Positions 1 through 12,714 of a stretch of DNA of 63,935 bases are shown here, piece by piece; position 1 is the stretch's first letter; each line of letters opens with the position of its first letter. A program made the position numbers and the translations under genes. Source of the stretch: Rhina ancylostomus (lineage: Eukaryota). The DNA is taken from positions 19,215,843 through 19,279,777 of the forward strand of contig JARFYF010000017.1 in the NCBI GenBank assembly GCA_030265395.1, written 5' to 3'. The notes under the pieces were generated by a model. The model was given only the letters and a program-made list of their open reading frames with translations, did not search any database and had not been told where the DNA came from.

Positions 1-224
1 AACAAGGTATGTCAGATAGCTCTGGATGAACAGGAGTTCAGAAGTACAGTCTAGATGATCGGGCAACAGCTGGAATTGCCTGAGAATTCATCATAAACAG
101 ATGAATGAGGTAAGGTGAAGTAAGATATTGATGTGTAATTGATGGAATGTAGCAGATGGGATCCTTTAGATTATGGTATCATGGCCCCAGCTTCTATATA
201 CATATGTAGGTATATGACAGATGA

Positions 225-1215
225 AGGAATCAAATTTTATGTCCAAATTTGTGCTTGTCACCAGTTTAGGGCAGTTAAGTCATGTTGATAAAAGTAGCAA
301 GTTAAAAAGGGAAATGACAAAACTAACTGAATGAGTAAAAACAATGGTAGATGAATTCCACTTGAAGCAATGTAGGATCTTCAAGTTTGGACCCAAGAAA
401 GACAAAGGCTGAAACAAAAGGTGATGGGACAGTGGGGTGAGTTGGGTGGTGGTGCAATATAAAGTGAGGACAAGATGCTTCTGTTGTACATACTTTGTTC
501 AAACCTTGTAAAACTCTTAGGAATCTGTTATCCTTCACGTCTCATGCACTAACATACATATTTATGTCTGTAAATTACATACAGTACTCAGGTTTGGGCA
601 CCAATCCTCAGGAAAGATATATTGGCCTTTGGAAGGATTGTGCATTGTGACCAGAATGATATTTTCATTTATTCATTTATTGGATGTCAAACTCACTGAC
701 ATATATTGCCTATCCCTAACAACCCTCCATAACATGATGGTGATCTGCCCTCATGAACTGCTATAGTTCCGATGAAAGGAGTTCTGGATTTAGACCCAGT
801 GATATGACAGAATGATATCAGGATTTAAGGTATTAGCTTATGAGGACTGACTACATTAAGCTGATTTGTGTTCTCTTGTGTTTAGAAGCTTAGGTGGGAG
901 TCTAACCTTTAAAGTGATAATGGGCTTTAATAGGATAGATAAAGGGAAACAATTTTCCTGAGTGGACAAATTCAGAAAAATTGTTCATTGCCAAGCAAGG
1001 GCAAAGTCACACACAACTTGATCTAGAAATCTAGAACTTCATTTCCCAAATGCTTTTGAATATTGGATCAATTAAAATTTTCAAGATTTAATAGGTAGGG
1101 AAACCAAGAACTAAGGCTTAAAGATTGGTAAATGAAGTTGAATCTAGCCACATAGTTATTCAGTTCAGAATATGTTCAAGGGGCTAAATGGCCCACTCAT
1201 GTCCCTATGTTTCTA
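225..1215 (+). mobile_element. Old, 5'-truncated CR1 LINE (RT C-terminal half + 3' UTR), interrupted by an insertion at 663-807
   Basis: Decayed SKF(ADD)TxLG (atgtccaaattt..accagtttaggg), W*MNS (tggtagatgaattcc; consensus WQMEF), QVWAPILRKDILA (caggtttgggcaccaatcctcaggaaagatatattggcc). CR1 3' end aaggggctaaatggcccactcatgtccctatgtttcta. Confidence 0.75.
663..807 (-). mobile_element. 3' end of a second non-LTR family ('family B', CR1/jockey superclade) nested in the CR1
   Basis: attgcctatccctaac...ggagttctggatttagacccagtg matches the copies at 23410-23760 and 42780-43000. Flanked by cagaatgatat at 652-662 and 808-818. Confidence 0.7.
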
Positions 1216-1669
1216 AGCACTGGTAAAGGTCAAGTTCAAATAATAATGGAAGTTAACCTGCATAAGGTGAAGCAGTTCATTCGGACAACTGTCAGCAGAG
1301 GCAAGTGATGTAGTCAGTTCAGCATATTACAGCCTGGTCTGTTTCAGATTGTCTGTTTTCTTCTAGTTTGAATGATCGAGAGATTGAAAAATAGCTGTTT
1401 TTTTTATAGTATCATAGCTTTTACCAGATATCCACTGGTGTTAATTTTCATAGTCTTAACCATACTGTGGAAGCAAAAACACATCACTCATTAATTATAC
1501 ACCAGTTCCATGTTAAACCAAAGGAAATTGACCATCTCTCTTTACACAATTAACAAAATTTTAAGGTTTGTAATTGTGGCCTAGTTCTATAATGCTCAGT
1601 TTTACACTCGTGTTGATTTATTTACTCAGTATAGGATCATGGTAAAGAAGTAGTCTGTCTTCAGATACT

Positions 1670-2000
1670 ACAACAACGTTCAGGCTTAGTTTGCGAAGTG
1701 CCTAGCAGCATTTACAATACACATGTGCCAGACAATCACTGTCTCCAACGAAAGAAAGTATAACTCCCTTCCCAAGGATTTCCTATCACCTAGGAAAAAC
1801 CCAGGTCAAGAATATGAGGCAATGCTCTCCTTATTTTGGCAGTGAATACACTGACTTTCTTTCATCATTGCTGAGTCAAAAGCCTGAAGCACCTGCACCA
1901 TAGACACTGCATCAGTTCAAAAAGGCTGGTCGCTACCAGCTTTTCCAACATAATTAGGGAAGGGGAATAAATTTTGATTTTGCCAGAAACACCCAAATTT
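1670..2000 (+). mobile_element. Family B LINE 3' fragment, internally deleted
   Basis: Decayed HMCQTITVSNERK (cacatgtgccagacaatcactgtctccaacgaaagaaag), then the shared tail ttgctgagtcaaaagcctg...taattagggaaggggaataaa. Confidence 0.6.
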
Positions 2001-2149
2001 CAATTTTTGCAAAAATATAAATTCCAATCCAATTGAATTGTCAAACAGGAAATACATGCATGCCCATTACCAAAACCATGTGGTGGCATTATACCAAAAT
2101 ATTTAGACAAAGATTCCCTGGAAACTTGTCCCTTGGAATGGTGATTCTA

Positions 2150-2500
2150 CACTGTGTGGTCTGTATTCCAAAGCAGGAAGTCCCAGGAAAGGACAGTGTG
2201 TGTTTTGCTACGATTCATGCTGCGTTATAATTTCTGTGTACTCTTGCCCACCTTAGCCCTTGCCGAAACTATCAGAAGTTATTTATCACCGTTCTGCCCC
2301 ACTTTCAAAGAATTTTCTGGATTTGCGCTAATTTTCTTGCTGCAGCCACTTAGACTGAAAAATAACGGGCTTTTAGTCATGTGTAGCTATGTGATTTATG
2401 GGTCTCATGATTCCCAGCCACGGAAGACCATTATTCATGGATATATATTGCAAATGCACGGTTAAAAGACTTACAAGTTGGATAATGCACAGGCTTCCAA
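2150..2500. promoter_or_regulatory. Candidate conserved non-coding element (enhancer-like)
   Basis: No repeat similarity, retained CpGs, Pbx-Hox-like TGATTTATGG (~2392) and octamer-like TTGCAAAT. Conservation not tested. Confidence 0.35.
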
Positions 2501-3549
2501 GGGCTGTCTTGTGGACTCATATCCCTGCTGGTTTCCTTTAAAATGTGGGCTGTAATCTAAGTGTTCAGATAGTTATATCAACAATGTTTTTCGATACATT
2601 ACTGCAAATGTACAATTTCACCAAGGCCGACAAGATTAACACAGATATTTATGTTTATGAGGGTGTAAATTGGGTCTGAATGGCAGATTTTTTTTGTGCC
2701 TGGATTCACTTCCTTGCTTCAGAGAAAGAAATAGCAGGGCATTTGTTTTCTAGTTTTGACTGAGCGTTCAGCACAATCTGCATTTGCTGTATGAATGATG
2801 TAGTGAATTATGGATGGTATTGTTTTCCTCAGACTATAAGAGGCACAGTTTTCCCATGCTATTGCTTAAAGTAAAATCATAGGTGTAAACGGGAACAGAA
2901 CTTGTGTCATTCTAGAGAATACAAACATTCTGCTATTTTTACCAAGAACTATTTAAATTAACAGTAGGCCAAAATTTTGGTGCAACTTCACAATCCATTG
3001 ATGGGTATGAAAACAAGTTAAATTATGGTGCATGTCATCTGTTTGGGTTGTTCCAGGAAACTCTACACCATTCCATTATAAATCTCTTACGGGATTGAAT
3101 TTTTCTCCATGAAGTTCAAAATATAATCCTGGGAGATCCTGCAGGATTTGTACTATTTCAAATGATCTAATAGAATCTGGATAGATAATTCAAAACCCTT
3201 AGTGATTTTTGGCAACGGACTGCTTATAAAATAGAATGTTACAGACAAGGAACTTGGCCTTTAACCTGCTGCTCATTCAGTTTGGGTCAAAACTAGCTTG
3301 CAGTAAGACCTACCCATACATGAAGGCAAGAATCTTATGGGAAGGATTTGGCTAGAAAAAGAGTAAAGTGGCCATTCTCTGGAATAATATCCTACTTGTG
3401 CCTAAGTAAAAATAAACGCTTCATGGAACAATGGATTTTTTTCTATTGTGGAAGCTTTCCAGTTCTTTTTTTAATTTTTAATTTACTTTTGCTTAGCAGT
3501 AGTTCATAGAGTCAGGCTCGTTCTTCAGTAGGTGTCCGAGCTTGATAGT

Positions 3550-3590
3550 ATCAGAATCAGGTCGTTATCTATTGACTTATATAACATTAG
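3550..3590 (-). mobile_element. Short Rex1/Babar-type 3' tail fragment
   Basis: atcagaatcagg..atctattgacttatata is the reverse complement of the tail at 50315-50363. Confidence 0.5.
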
Positions 3591-4109
3591 TTGGGATTAT
3601 TATTAATTTTAAAAACAATTTTTGAACCTTTGAACAAATAAAGTGTGACATTTACCATTTGTGTTTTACATGACTGCTATATTACAGATCTGGAAAAAAT
3701 CAATACCAGCGCCCAAGAGCTGAGACAGTGATGAGGTGCAAAGCTAGTAGGGCTTTCTATTTTTTTCATTTGCCTTGTTTGCCTCCTAACACTCCACACT
3801 TCATTTCTTTCCTTTTGTCATCTGGCCTCCCTTAGAGTCCTTGTCATCTCTGCGCACAGGAAAGTCATTAAAAAACCCTTGCAAAGTCATTTCCTTTTTT
3901 TTGTTGTCCACAGGCATCAGGGGAGGGAGGCCGTCTGCTGGCTTTGGAATCACTTTGACCCCAGTGTCCTCATTTTATTTATCCTTCATTTTGTCATCTC
4001 TTTGCTTCCTTCTGNNNNNNNCCCCCACCCCACATTACCACCACTCCTCCCCACGTCAACCCCCCCACCCAAGCACGTCAGTTAGCACAGTTGCAAAATT
4101 TGTTCCTCT

Positions 4110-4450
4110 TCAGAAGTCCCTCAAATTAGGTAAATAAATGCCGAACAATCTGCAGGCTGACGGGGATGACCCGATGTATCATCCTTATTAATATTACATT
4201 TGTGCTGCGCTCCGTGTGTCCAGCTGTCTCGATTGGCCGCTTTGACACAAGGCACACATTTACCCGAGCCTTGTTAATCCCAGGAAAAGTAATGTGATAG
4301 CATTGTGTGCAGAGAAAAAGGAAAGAACTGAATATATCTAGTATAAATTTTATTTTAAAGTGATTACCAGTGCTGCTCTGTTCTATCATTTAGTAATTAA
4401 ATATATGGTCTGTGACAGGTAATTTTTATTTTAATTTTTAGCCATTTGAA
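4110..4450. promoter_or_regulatory. Candidate conserved non-coding element (developmental enhancer-like)
   Basis: 8 CpGs in 4141-4267 against depleted flanks. Motifs TAAATAAA, TTAATCC, GATTGG, TAATTA and TGACAGG. No repeat signature. Confidence 0.45.
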
Positions 4451-6649
4451 GAAAATGAAACTCTAGCTCCTACCAGTACCAAAGGTCACTCAAGAATTAA
4501 ATTTTTAAAAAAAGCAATTAGACTTTGAATAATTTAGTATACAGCCAAGTAAGTCCTTTAGTAATAATGCAATCATATGTTTTACCATTGTAAGCAAACA
4601 CCTATACATGTACATATACACATGAACGTTCATACGTGCAAACTACAAACTCCAATCAATGTAATGCTTGAAATAAATGTCACTATTCTTTACAAATTGT
4701 TTAATCTCTCTTGTCTTTCACAACAGAAAGGAATCCATAAATACCTTTGTTGTTCTTTTTCGATGTTAACCTTATCACTCGACTGTTTTGATTAAGAAAA
4801 ATATCTAAATCACTTGAGATGAAGTGAGTATTAAACTGATCTAGGTCCACCTTTAGTAAAAGCTAATCAATATACAAAGTGCAGAAGAATTGGTTTGAAG
4901 GAGCCTTATTTTTGAACATGTTGAATGTTTCCTCACTGAAATCTGTTAAAAGTGAATTACATTTTTATTCAGGTTTCTGGGAATCTTCTGCTTCTTGTTA
5001 TTGTTTGACGTGTAGTCTGAGTAACGTTTTCATGATAAGTAAGTATCAATTGCTACACTGTCATAAGTATTGAGCAGTTAATAAATTACTTCCCAATACA
5101 AAAATTTCAAACAATACATCAGTTCTTAACAAGATAATGTTTAAGAAGATCATTGGGAACTCAGGATCCTTAAGTTTTCCAAATGATNNNNNNNNNNNNN
5201 NNNNNNNNNNNNNNNNNNNNNNNNNNNNNNNNNNNNNNNNNNNNNNNNNNNNNNNNNNNNNNNNNNNNNNNNNNNNNNNNNNNNNNNNNNNNNNNNNNNN
5301 NNNNNNNNNNNNNNNNNNNNNNNNNNNNTATTATTGTTTTCAATTAATCATGTCTATGGTGTCTGGTAAATAAACACTGAAAACTTATTGTACATTTCTT
5401 TAAAAATCAATTTATTTGAATAAAAGTGCATGGTTTTAAAGGAAGAACAGTAACATATCACAAAAATCTTACATTTTAACCATCCAAATCAGACCTAACA
5501 CAAAAATTTTGAATTTTACCATTTTCTCTCTTTATTGTATGTTTCATTCATTTTTGAATTTTATCTTCACAATTTTTTTAAATGCCTGATGAAATAACTG
5601 TCTACTGGCTTTTTTTTCTTGCAGATGATAGCAGTCATACTAAAGTAGCAAAGTGCAAAGGTCACCCCAGCTGTATGCTGATTGGCATTCTCCTGGCTGC
5701 ACTGACATTTCTGCAGTTTCATCAGAAAATTCTAAATCCTGTCTGTGTAACCCATCAGTTTATTTACTGGTGATGCAGCCACTGCATGCATTGTTAACAT
5801 GAACATATTGCACGTAATTCTCTCCCCATTCCTCATATGGTGAGAAATGATAGCGTCAGCCCCTAAGACATTCCCATTACTGCACTGTAGAGTAACCTGA
5901 ATTCATTTCATTCGGCAATGATTATTAACACAGTTATATCCTGCGGATTCTGATCACTTTTCTGTTTCCTGATGGAAGGAATTTTCATTGTAGATTCCAA
6001 CAGTACATCTTCTACCATATTTTTGTGATTCATTCAAAATGGTCATTTAGTAAGATCAGGGCAGGTTATTTTTAATGTTTTGAAATAACTTTAATCCATT
6101 TGACTAACTTGAGAAGAAATAATTAAGCAGTTGAACATTATTTCAAACGGAACCACCTGACCATGTGTGGTGACAAATTTTTGATGTATAGAGTGGTTCC
6201 AATTGCAAAGATTACTGTTTCAACAGAGTTAAATTTTGTGATAACTTCTGAATTAAAGAGTTTGGGTAATAAGTTGGACATTAAGTATTTTGGAGTTATG
6301 TATTGATCCCTCATAAATTAGCAACCACTTAGCAGAAGACCGATTTTTCCTTTAAATGTTAGAAATGACTGTAAAGACAGCAATTAAGCATGATAAGCTG
6401 CTGTTAACAAGCCACATTGAGCTATCATAAGAAAATTGGCTGGCGGTGATCTCTCATCAAGTGCTCGAGCATGGTTTGGGGCCCATTCCCTCAGTAACAG
6501 TTCTCTAGTGTAAAGTGGCTTTGTTTACTAATGCCAAGGGATGGAGTGAAGGACAGTGTCATGGTTGAAGAGGTCTTTGAAAAATTCCTTCCAGCAAGCA
6601 CTGTCTGCCTCACTGTCTTTGATAAAGTCACCTCAGCTCTTGGCTCTAG

Positions 6650-6860
6650 GTAGGAATCTGGACCAACCCTGAAAGGGCAGTAGAGGCAGAAACTTTTAGC
6701 ACATTTAGAAAGTACTCGCATGTGCATTTGAAGAGCCGTGGCCTGCAGGCTATGCACCTAGTGCCAGGAGGTGGGATTCAGTCAGGTAGCTTTTTTAAGC
6801 ATTGCAGTCACAATGGGCTGAATGATTTCTTTTTGTGTTGTAAGTTCCCTATGATTCTAA
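6650..6860 (+). mobile_element. CR1 LINE 3' end
   Basis: gcagtagaggcaga...gcaggctatgcacctagtgccaggaggtgggatt...atgggctgaatga...ctatgattcta tail. Confidence 0.65.
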
Positions 6861-6861
6861 G

Positions 6862-6990
6862 GTTAGTGGGCTTTGAGTCATGTATACATCACACTAGTTA
6901 AGGAAATCAAATTTTCTTCCCTGAAGTACTCTAGTGAACTGGGTGGATTTTTACCACAATGTGGTTCTTTCAATTTTTGGGATTTGGTTC
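6862..6990 (-). mobile_element. Fragment of the tRNA-derived SINE seen at 17790-18185
   Basis: gagtcatgtatac...ttcttccctgaagtactctagtgaactgggtggatttttaccacaat is antisense to the SINE core. Confidence 0.55.
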
Positions 6991-7439
6991 CCAACATATA
7001 CCCTCCAAGCTAAGAGGATAGCCCCAATTTTAACTCAAGAAGGAAGGCAGTAAACCATCTTAGCTCCCAAGTCAGCAGCATGAGGTCTGGAAAGCTTTGA
7101 CTCCTGGGCCTCACCTGTAACACTTGAGCATCTGAGCCTGATGGGAAGGGGTAGCTGGTTGAGGAGTGGAACAGCAGGGACCACAGCATTGGGACCCAGC
7201 CCTTGGATAAATAATAGGAAAGGGGAGTCCAATATAATGCATTAGAGGAGAACCCAAGGCAAAAAGTGAACCAAACAATTCCTTATGAGATCCAAAGGAG
7301 AACCTGTACTACTCCAGGCCCCATGAGGAAAATATTTAAATTATATGTTTACCACTGCAGCCTTTTACAGGGACTTTCTATTCTTTCTCACAACCTCATG
7401 GCATACTTACTCTTGAAATTCTTTAGAAGAGGAAATATT

Positions 7440-7892
7440 GCTATTTAGGATAAAGTACCCCAGTCAATTGGTACTCCTTCTGTCAAAGTAAACTTTTCAC
7501 TCCCGCTACCACAAATTAATCATGGCAATGTTGTGTATTTCCATACCACCTACAAGGTGCAATGCAGCAGAGTACCAGATCCTATTCATCAGTATTTCTC
7601 AATTCAACCACCTTTACAAGCTGGAAGAATAATGGTAGGTGATACATAGGAATGCCACCTCCTCTAAGTTCCCTCCATTTTGTGAACCATTTTAACAAGG
7701 AAGTCCATCATTGTTCCTTCATTGTCGCTGGGTCAAAATCTTGAATGTCCCCACCCAACAGCACCAAGGAGGAATCTTCACCACATGGACTGCNNNNNNN
7801 NNNNNNNNNNNNNNNNNNNNNNNNNNNNNNNNNNNTCAGAATGGGTATTAAATATTGACCTTGCCACCTATGGCCATATCCCATAAATAATT
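7440..7892 (+). mobile_element. Family B LINE 3' end
   Basis: TTYKVQCS-like (accacctacaaggtgcaatgcagc), ttcattgtcgctgggtcaaaatc, ccacatggactgc, ending gccatatcccataaataatt. Confidence 0.7.
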
Positions 7893-9089
7893 AAAGTATA
7901 TACTGGTAGGAGTGAATTGGTACATGAGGTTAATGGCAGAAATTGTGTGGAGAAATAATTGATCCAATGAAACACACACAAAGACTGACAATTTTGTCCT
8001 TCTCATCTGGTTAATACAAATTCCTTGCTGGGTGAATGTTGTATAGAAAGTAAAAGAGTCCTGTCTGGAAATAGGATGTAGAAAATGGAAAAGGCTGGCA
8101 AGAATCTCATTATGGACAAATATGAATTTGGTGACAGTTACTATTCCAGTCATCAGGCAAAGACACAAAAATACAAGGAATGTTTTTTTGTTATTATGGC
8201 AAGTTTATATATTGGAATGCTAAACGCACAAAAAATAATGTTTGTGTAATCAACAGCTAGAAATCAGCAATACGTTGGAAAGCATCCTTGATCTTGGTTG
8301 CTTTAAACTTGAGCTAAATGAAGGTACTGTATTACCAATTATGAGTGAACTGAAGGTGGACAAGAGATGTTTAAGCCACAGGTGGACAAGGGAGCATAAA
8401 TGCCAAAAAACAAAGGCCTAAGCTGATTATTGAAAGCAGGTTACACATGATACATGGCTGGAAAGCTCTGTGTCATCTTTTGTCGTCATGGTTTTTTTTT
8501 AGGATTTAAATAGAAAAATAAATTTTGATGGACCAAAGATCTTTCCCAAGATATATGATATATTTTATCCTGTGACAACTCTATAATGCAAGAGAATTCA
8601 TTGTAAAAACGTGCTCTGAAATGATCTGCATTTTATGCATCTTTAACTGGATATCTTGATTTATGTTCTGCCTAATACAGGGTTGTTTCTATTTGTATGA
8701 CGAAATGAAACAGATGTTACAGGACTTACCTTTCATTTTAATGACACCCCATGTCTTAAATTGAAAGAGATTAAATTCCAAGCATGAGTCTGTTTCATTT
8801 TTTTCATATTTGCATTATTTTTGGTGTCCTTGATGCACTAAAATGTCCTCCATTTATTATTAAAGTATTGCATAGCAATAAAAGGCTTAAGAAAGCTGCT
8901 GCCATAAGTATTTTACAACATTGACCATAAAATTAGCACAACTGTCTTTAATTAACAGATGTTACAGACACATGTGCTAAAATTTGAAAATATATGTTTA
9001 GATAACTAGCTGCAATCTTAAACTGTAGCATATCAATCCATGCCAAATTGTTCATCCCATCTTAACAATGATTGCTTTTGTCCATAACT

Positions 9090-9300
9090 CAGCACCTTCT
9101 TTGTTATTTTACTCCTCTCTGCTTCAAAATTCCCTCCCTAATATTCCGCTTTCTTTTCTTCCCTAAAGCTGACTTCCTTGAACAAGTTTTTGGATATCTT
9201 TCCTTATATATCCTATTGTGCTTCAGAGTTCTGTGTTAGTCCCATCACCATCTCAAAAGGCTCCCCGAGTCTCATATAATTTACAATTGTCATTATTAAC
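9090..9300 (+). mobile_element. L2-like LINE 3' tail, decayed
   Basis: aattccctccctaa...ccttgaacaagtttttgg..ctttcctta pattern typical of L2 3' ends. Similar to 14300-14500 and 44560-44840. Confidence 0.45.
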
Positions 9301-9770
9301 TTCAAAATGTGACAGCAACTCCTACTGCATGCCCCTGCCTCCCCAAAGGGCCATTATGATCCTTTCTTGTTAAGCATGCCACTTGTCTAACCCATGAGAA
9401 CTTGTCTAACGTGCTCAACCCAAATGTTTGTGACAAACAAAAGAATTGCAATTGCACATTAGCACAAAGACAAAAGTGACACTTGGCCACTTCTTTCCAT
9501 CTTTGGTCCAACCCAGATCCATGAGGAAATTATTTCAAGGTTGTCATCAGGATGCCAGCTGCCAATATGACTCATTTGAACCACATCCACAACATTGAAG
9601 TTGATAAGTGTGAGATATTAAATACCCACTGAAGGATGGAGATCTGTCCAGTCATCCTGTTTTGATAAACATCAAATATAAAATATATCTTCTATGCTAT
9701 TGAACTAATGTGTACTTCTTCTGAAATCAATATTGCTAGTTAGCCTCACATAATAGCTTTGGGGGCATTT

Positions 9771-11775
9771 CATAGAAAATAGAACAGTACAGCACAGTAC
9801 AGACCCTTCAACCCACAATGTTGTGGCAACCTACATGAACACCTTTTCCATGATCAATCTTAACCTTCCCTCCAACACAGCCCATAACCCTCCACTTTTC
9901 TTACATCCATGTGCCTCTATCTAAGGGTCTTTTAAATGCCCCTATTGTGTCAGCCTCTACCACCACCCCTGGCAGTGCATTCCAGACACCTACCACTCTC
10001 CATGTAAAAAACCTGCCTCTGATATCTCCTTTTAGCTTTCTTCCTCTGACAAACTGATGTTCTCTGATATTGCTGCCCTGGGGAAAAGATGCTGGCTATC
10101 CACTCTGGCTATGCTCCTCACAATCTATCAAGTTGCTTCTCATCCTGCGTCGCTCCAAAGAGAAAAGCCCTAGCTCACTCAACCTTTCCTCAGAAGACAT
10201 TTTCTCTAATCCAGGCAGCATCCTGGTAAATCTCCTCTGCACACTCTCTAAGGCTTCCACATCCTTCCTATAATGAGGTGACCAAAACTGAACACAATTC
10301 TCTAAGTGTGGTCTAACTGGAGTTTTAAAAAGCTGCAACATTACCTTGTGGCTCTTGAACTCAATCCCCTGACTAATGAAGGCCAGCACACCACACGCCT
10401 TTTTAACTATCCTAGCAACTTGTGTGGCATCTTTGAGGGATCTCTGGACTTGGACCCCAAGATCCCTCTGTTCCTCCACGCTGCTAAGAATCCTGCCATT
10501 AACCTCGTACTCTGCCTTCAAGTTCATTCTTCCAAAGTGTATCAATTCATACTTCTCTGGATTGAACTCCACCTGCCATTTCTCCGCCCAACTCTGCATC
10601 CTGTCAAAATCCCAATGTAACCTACGACAACATTCTACACTATCCACAACACCTCTAACTTTTGTGTCATCTGCATACTTGCTAATCCATCCCTTTAATT
10701 CCTTATCCAAGTCATTTTTAAAAATCACAAAGAGCAGGGGTCCCAGAACAGATCCCTGCAGAATACCACTAGTCCCGAACACCAGGCAGAATATTCTCCA
10801 TCTACTACCACCCTTCTGTGGGCAAGCNNNNNNNNNNNNNNNNNNNNNNNNNNNNNNNNNNNNNNNNNNNNNNNNNNNNNNNNNNNNNNNNNNNNNNNNN
10901 NNNNNNNNNNNNNNGTCAAGTGCCTTACCAAAGTCCATATCCACCACATCCATGGCACCACTGTCATCAATTTGTATTGTCACCTCCTTGAAAAACTCAA
11001 TTAGGCTCGTGAGGCACAACCTGCCCCTCACAAAGCCATGCTGACTATCCACAATAAGACTATGCTTCTCCAAATGCTTATAAATCCGGTCCCTAAGAAT
11101 CCTCTCCAATAGTTTTCCCACCACTGACACAAGACTCACTGGTCTATAATTCCCAGGATTATCTCTATTACCCTTCTTGAACAAGGGAACGACATATCCC
11201 TCCAGTCCTCTTCTGTGGCCCGGGAGGATGCAAATATCATCGTCAACGACCCAGCAATCTCTTCCCTTGCCTCCTGTAGTAACCTGGGGTATATCCCATC
11301 TGGCCCTGAGGACTTATCTATTATAATGTTTTTTGGAAGCTCCAACACTACCTCTTTCTTAACCTTGATGTGCTCCAGTACATTAATCTGTTCTGCGCTG
11401 GCCTCACATTCATCAAAGTCCCTCTCCCTAGTAAACACTGAAGCAAAGTATTCATTGAGGACCTCCCCTACCTCCTCCACCTCCAGGCACGCTTCCCCTT
11501 TTTTCCTGAGCGGTCCTACCCTCACCCTAATCACTCACCTGTTCTTCACGTACACGTAGAACCCCTTGGAGTTTTCCTTAATCCTACTCGCCAAGGCCTT
11601 CTCATGTCCCTTTCTAGCTCTCCTAAGTCCCTTGTTAAGCTCCTTCCTGGCTACCTTACAATTCTCAAGAGCTCTGCCTGAGTTTTGCTCCCTAAACTTT
11701 AAGTATGCTTCCCTCTTGACTAAATGTTTCACCCCTCTTGTCATCCATGGTTCCTTCACCCTACCACCCTTTCCC
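9771..11775 (-). mobile_element. Relatively young, 5'-truncated CR1 LINE (ORF2 reverse transcriptase + 3' UTR), frameshifted
   Basis: ORFs 11535-11759, 11136-11534 and 10096-11184 give KSSGPDGIYPRLL, FKKGNRDNPGNYRPVSLVSVVGKLLE, SQHGFVRGR, QGSVLGPLLF, SKYADDTK and VQFWSPHYRKD. TTCTA-type tail at 9771-9784. Confidence 0.95.
10096..11759 (-). pseudogene. CR1 ORF2 (RT) pseudogene
   Basis: RT motifs as above, split across three ORFs, with an 87-N gap inside. Confidence 0.9.
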
Positions 11776-11875
11776 NNNNNNNNNNNNNNNNNNNNNNNNN
11801 NNNNNNNNNNNNNNNNNNNNNNNNNNNNNNNNNNNNNNNNNNNNNNNNNNNNNNNNNNNNNNNNNNNNNNNNNNN

Positions 11876-11930
11876 CCTCCTGTTCTTCACATACATGTAG
11901 AATGGCTTGGTGTTTTCCTTAATTCTACTT
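11876..11930 (-). mobile_element. Second, diverged CR1 ORF2 fragment
   Basis: SRIKENTKPFYMYVKNRR, homologous to SRIKENSKGFYVYVKNR at 11538-11590. Confidence 0.7.
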
Positions 11931-12129
11931 AGTTTCCTTAATTTCCTGAGACACTTAGTGGTCTCAGCCACTGCCCTGGTGGAAAATATTTGTCTATGAT
12001 GTTGAGTATCAGGATTCAGCTAAGCACTAATAGGCAATTTAATAAATCGCCATAATTTTACTCTCCAAGTTCACTGATTTAGGAAAATGGACAACAGGAT
12101 GAGGTATTGGCGGATAACTGATAGCATGG

Positions 12130-12252
12130 AACCATAGTGGGATAGGAATTGAAAGTAAAGTTGAACTACAAGTTCAGCCAGGACCTTACTGAATGGTGGA
12201 AAAGCTTGAGGGATCTGTATAACCTACTCCTGTTCCAAGTTCTTATATGATT
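12130..12252 (+). mobile_element. CR1 3' tail
   Basis: ttcagccaggaccttactgaatggtgga...aacctactcctgttcc..ttcttatatgatt. Confidence 0.65.
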
Positions 12253-12714
12253 ATCATATATTACGAGTCAGCACCTCAAGTAATGACAGACAAGAAAGAA
12301 ATTGTAAAAGACAGAATTATTTTGCACTTTTCATATATGGATGGAACAGTTGTACTTAATTGCTGTGAGCATTCACTGCTGTCCCACAATATCCAACTCT
12401 ATCCAAACTCTGAGATGAACAGGGAATCAAACCCCAATAGAGAACAAAATATACAATTTACTACATCTATCATTAAGTACAAGCAGCTCTCAATAAGTGA
12501 TTGCTATCATTCTGTAGTGGATTCAACCATCTTTTAAGAAGAGTTGACAAAAACAATTTGGAAACAGACAATGCAGACAGAAACAATACACCTAGATTCT
12601 TGTTTCTTCAGCGGATACTTTCACATATTAAATGGTTTGCTTCACGAGCATTCAGTTAATGTTAACAGTTTATGTTATCCAAAATCTTTTGAGAAGAAAC
12701 ATCGAGAAGATTTC

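Noticed and set aside
5582-5773. Coding exon after the strong acceptor tttttttcttgcag (5624)
   Set aside because: No convincing donor and no recognisable peptide.
10376-11044. 222-aa plus-strand ORF
   Set aside because: Antisense shadow of CR1 ORF2 that also spans an N-gap.
10096-11184. 362-aa ORF as a host gene or novel RT system
   Set aside because: It is standard CR1 ORF2: 5'-truncated, frameshifted, and followed by a CR1 3' UTR.
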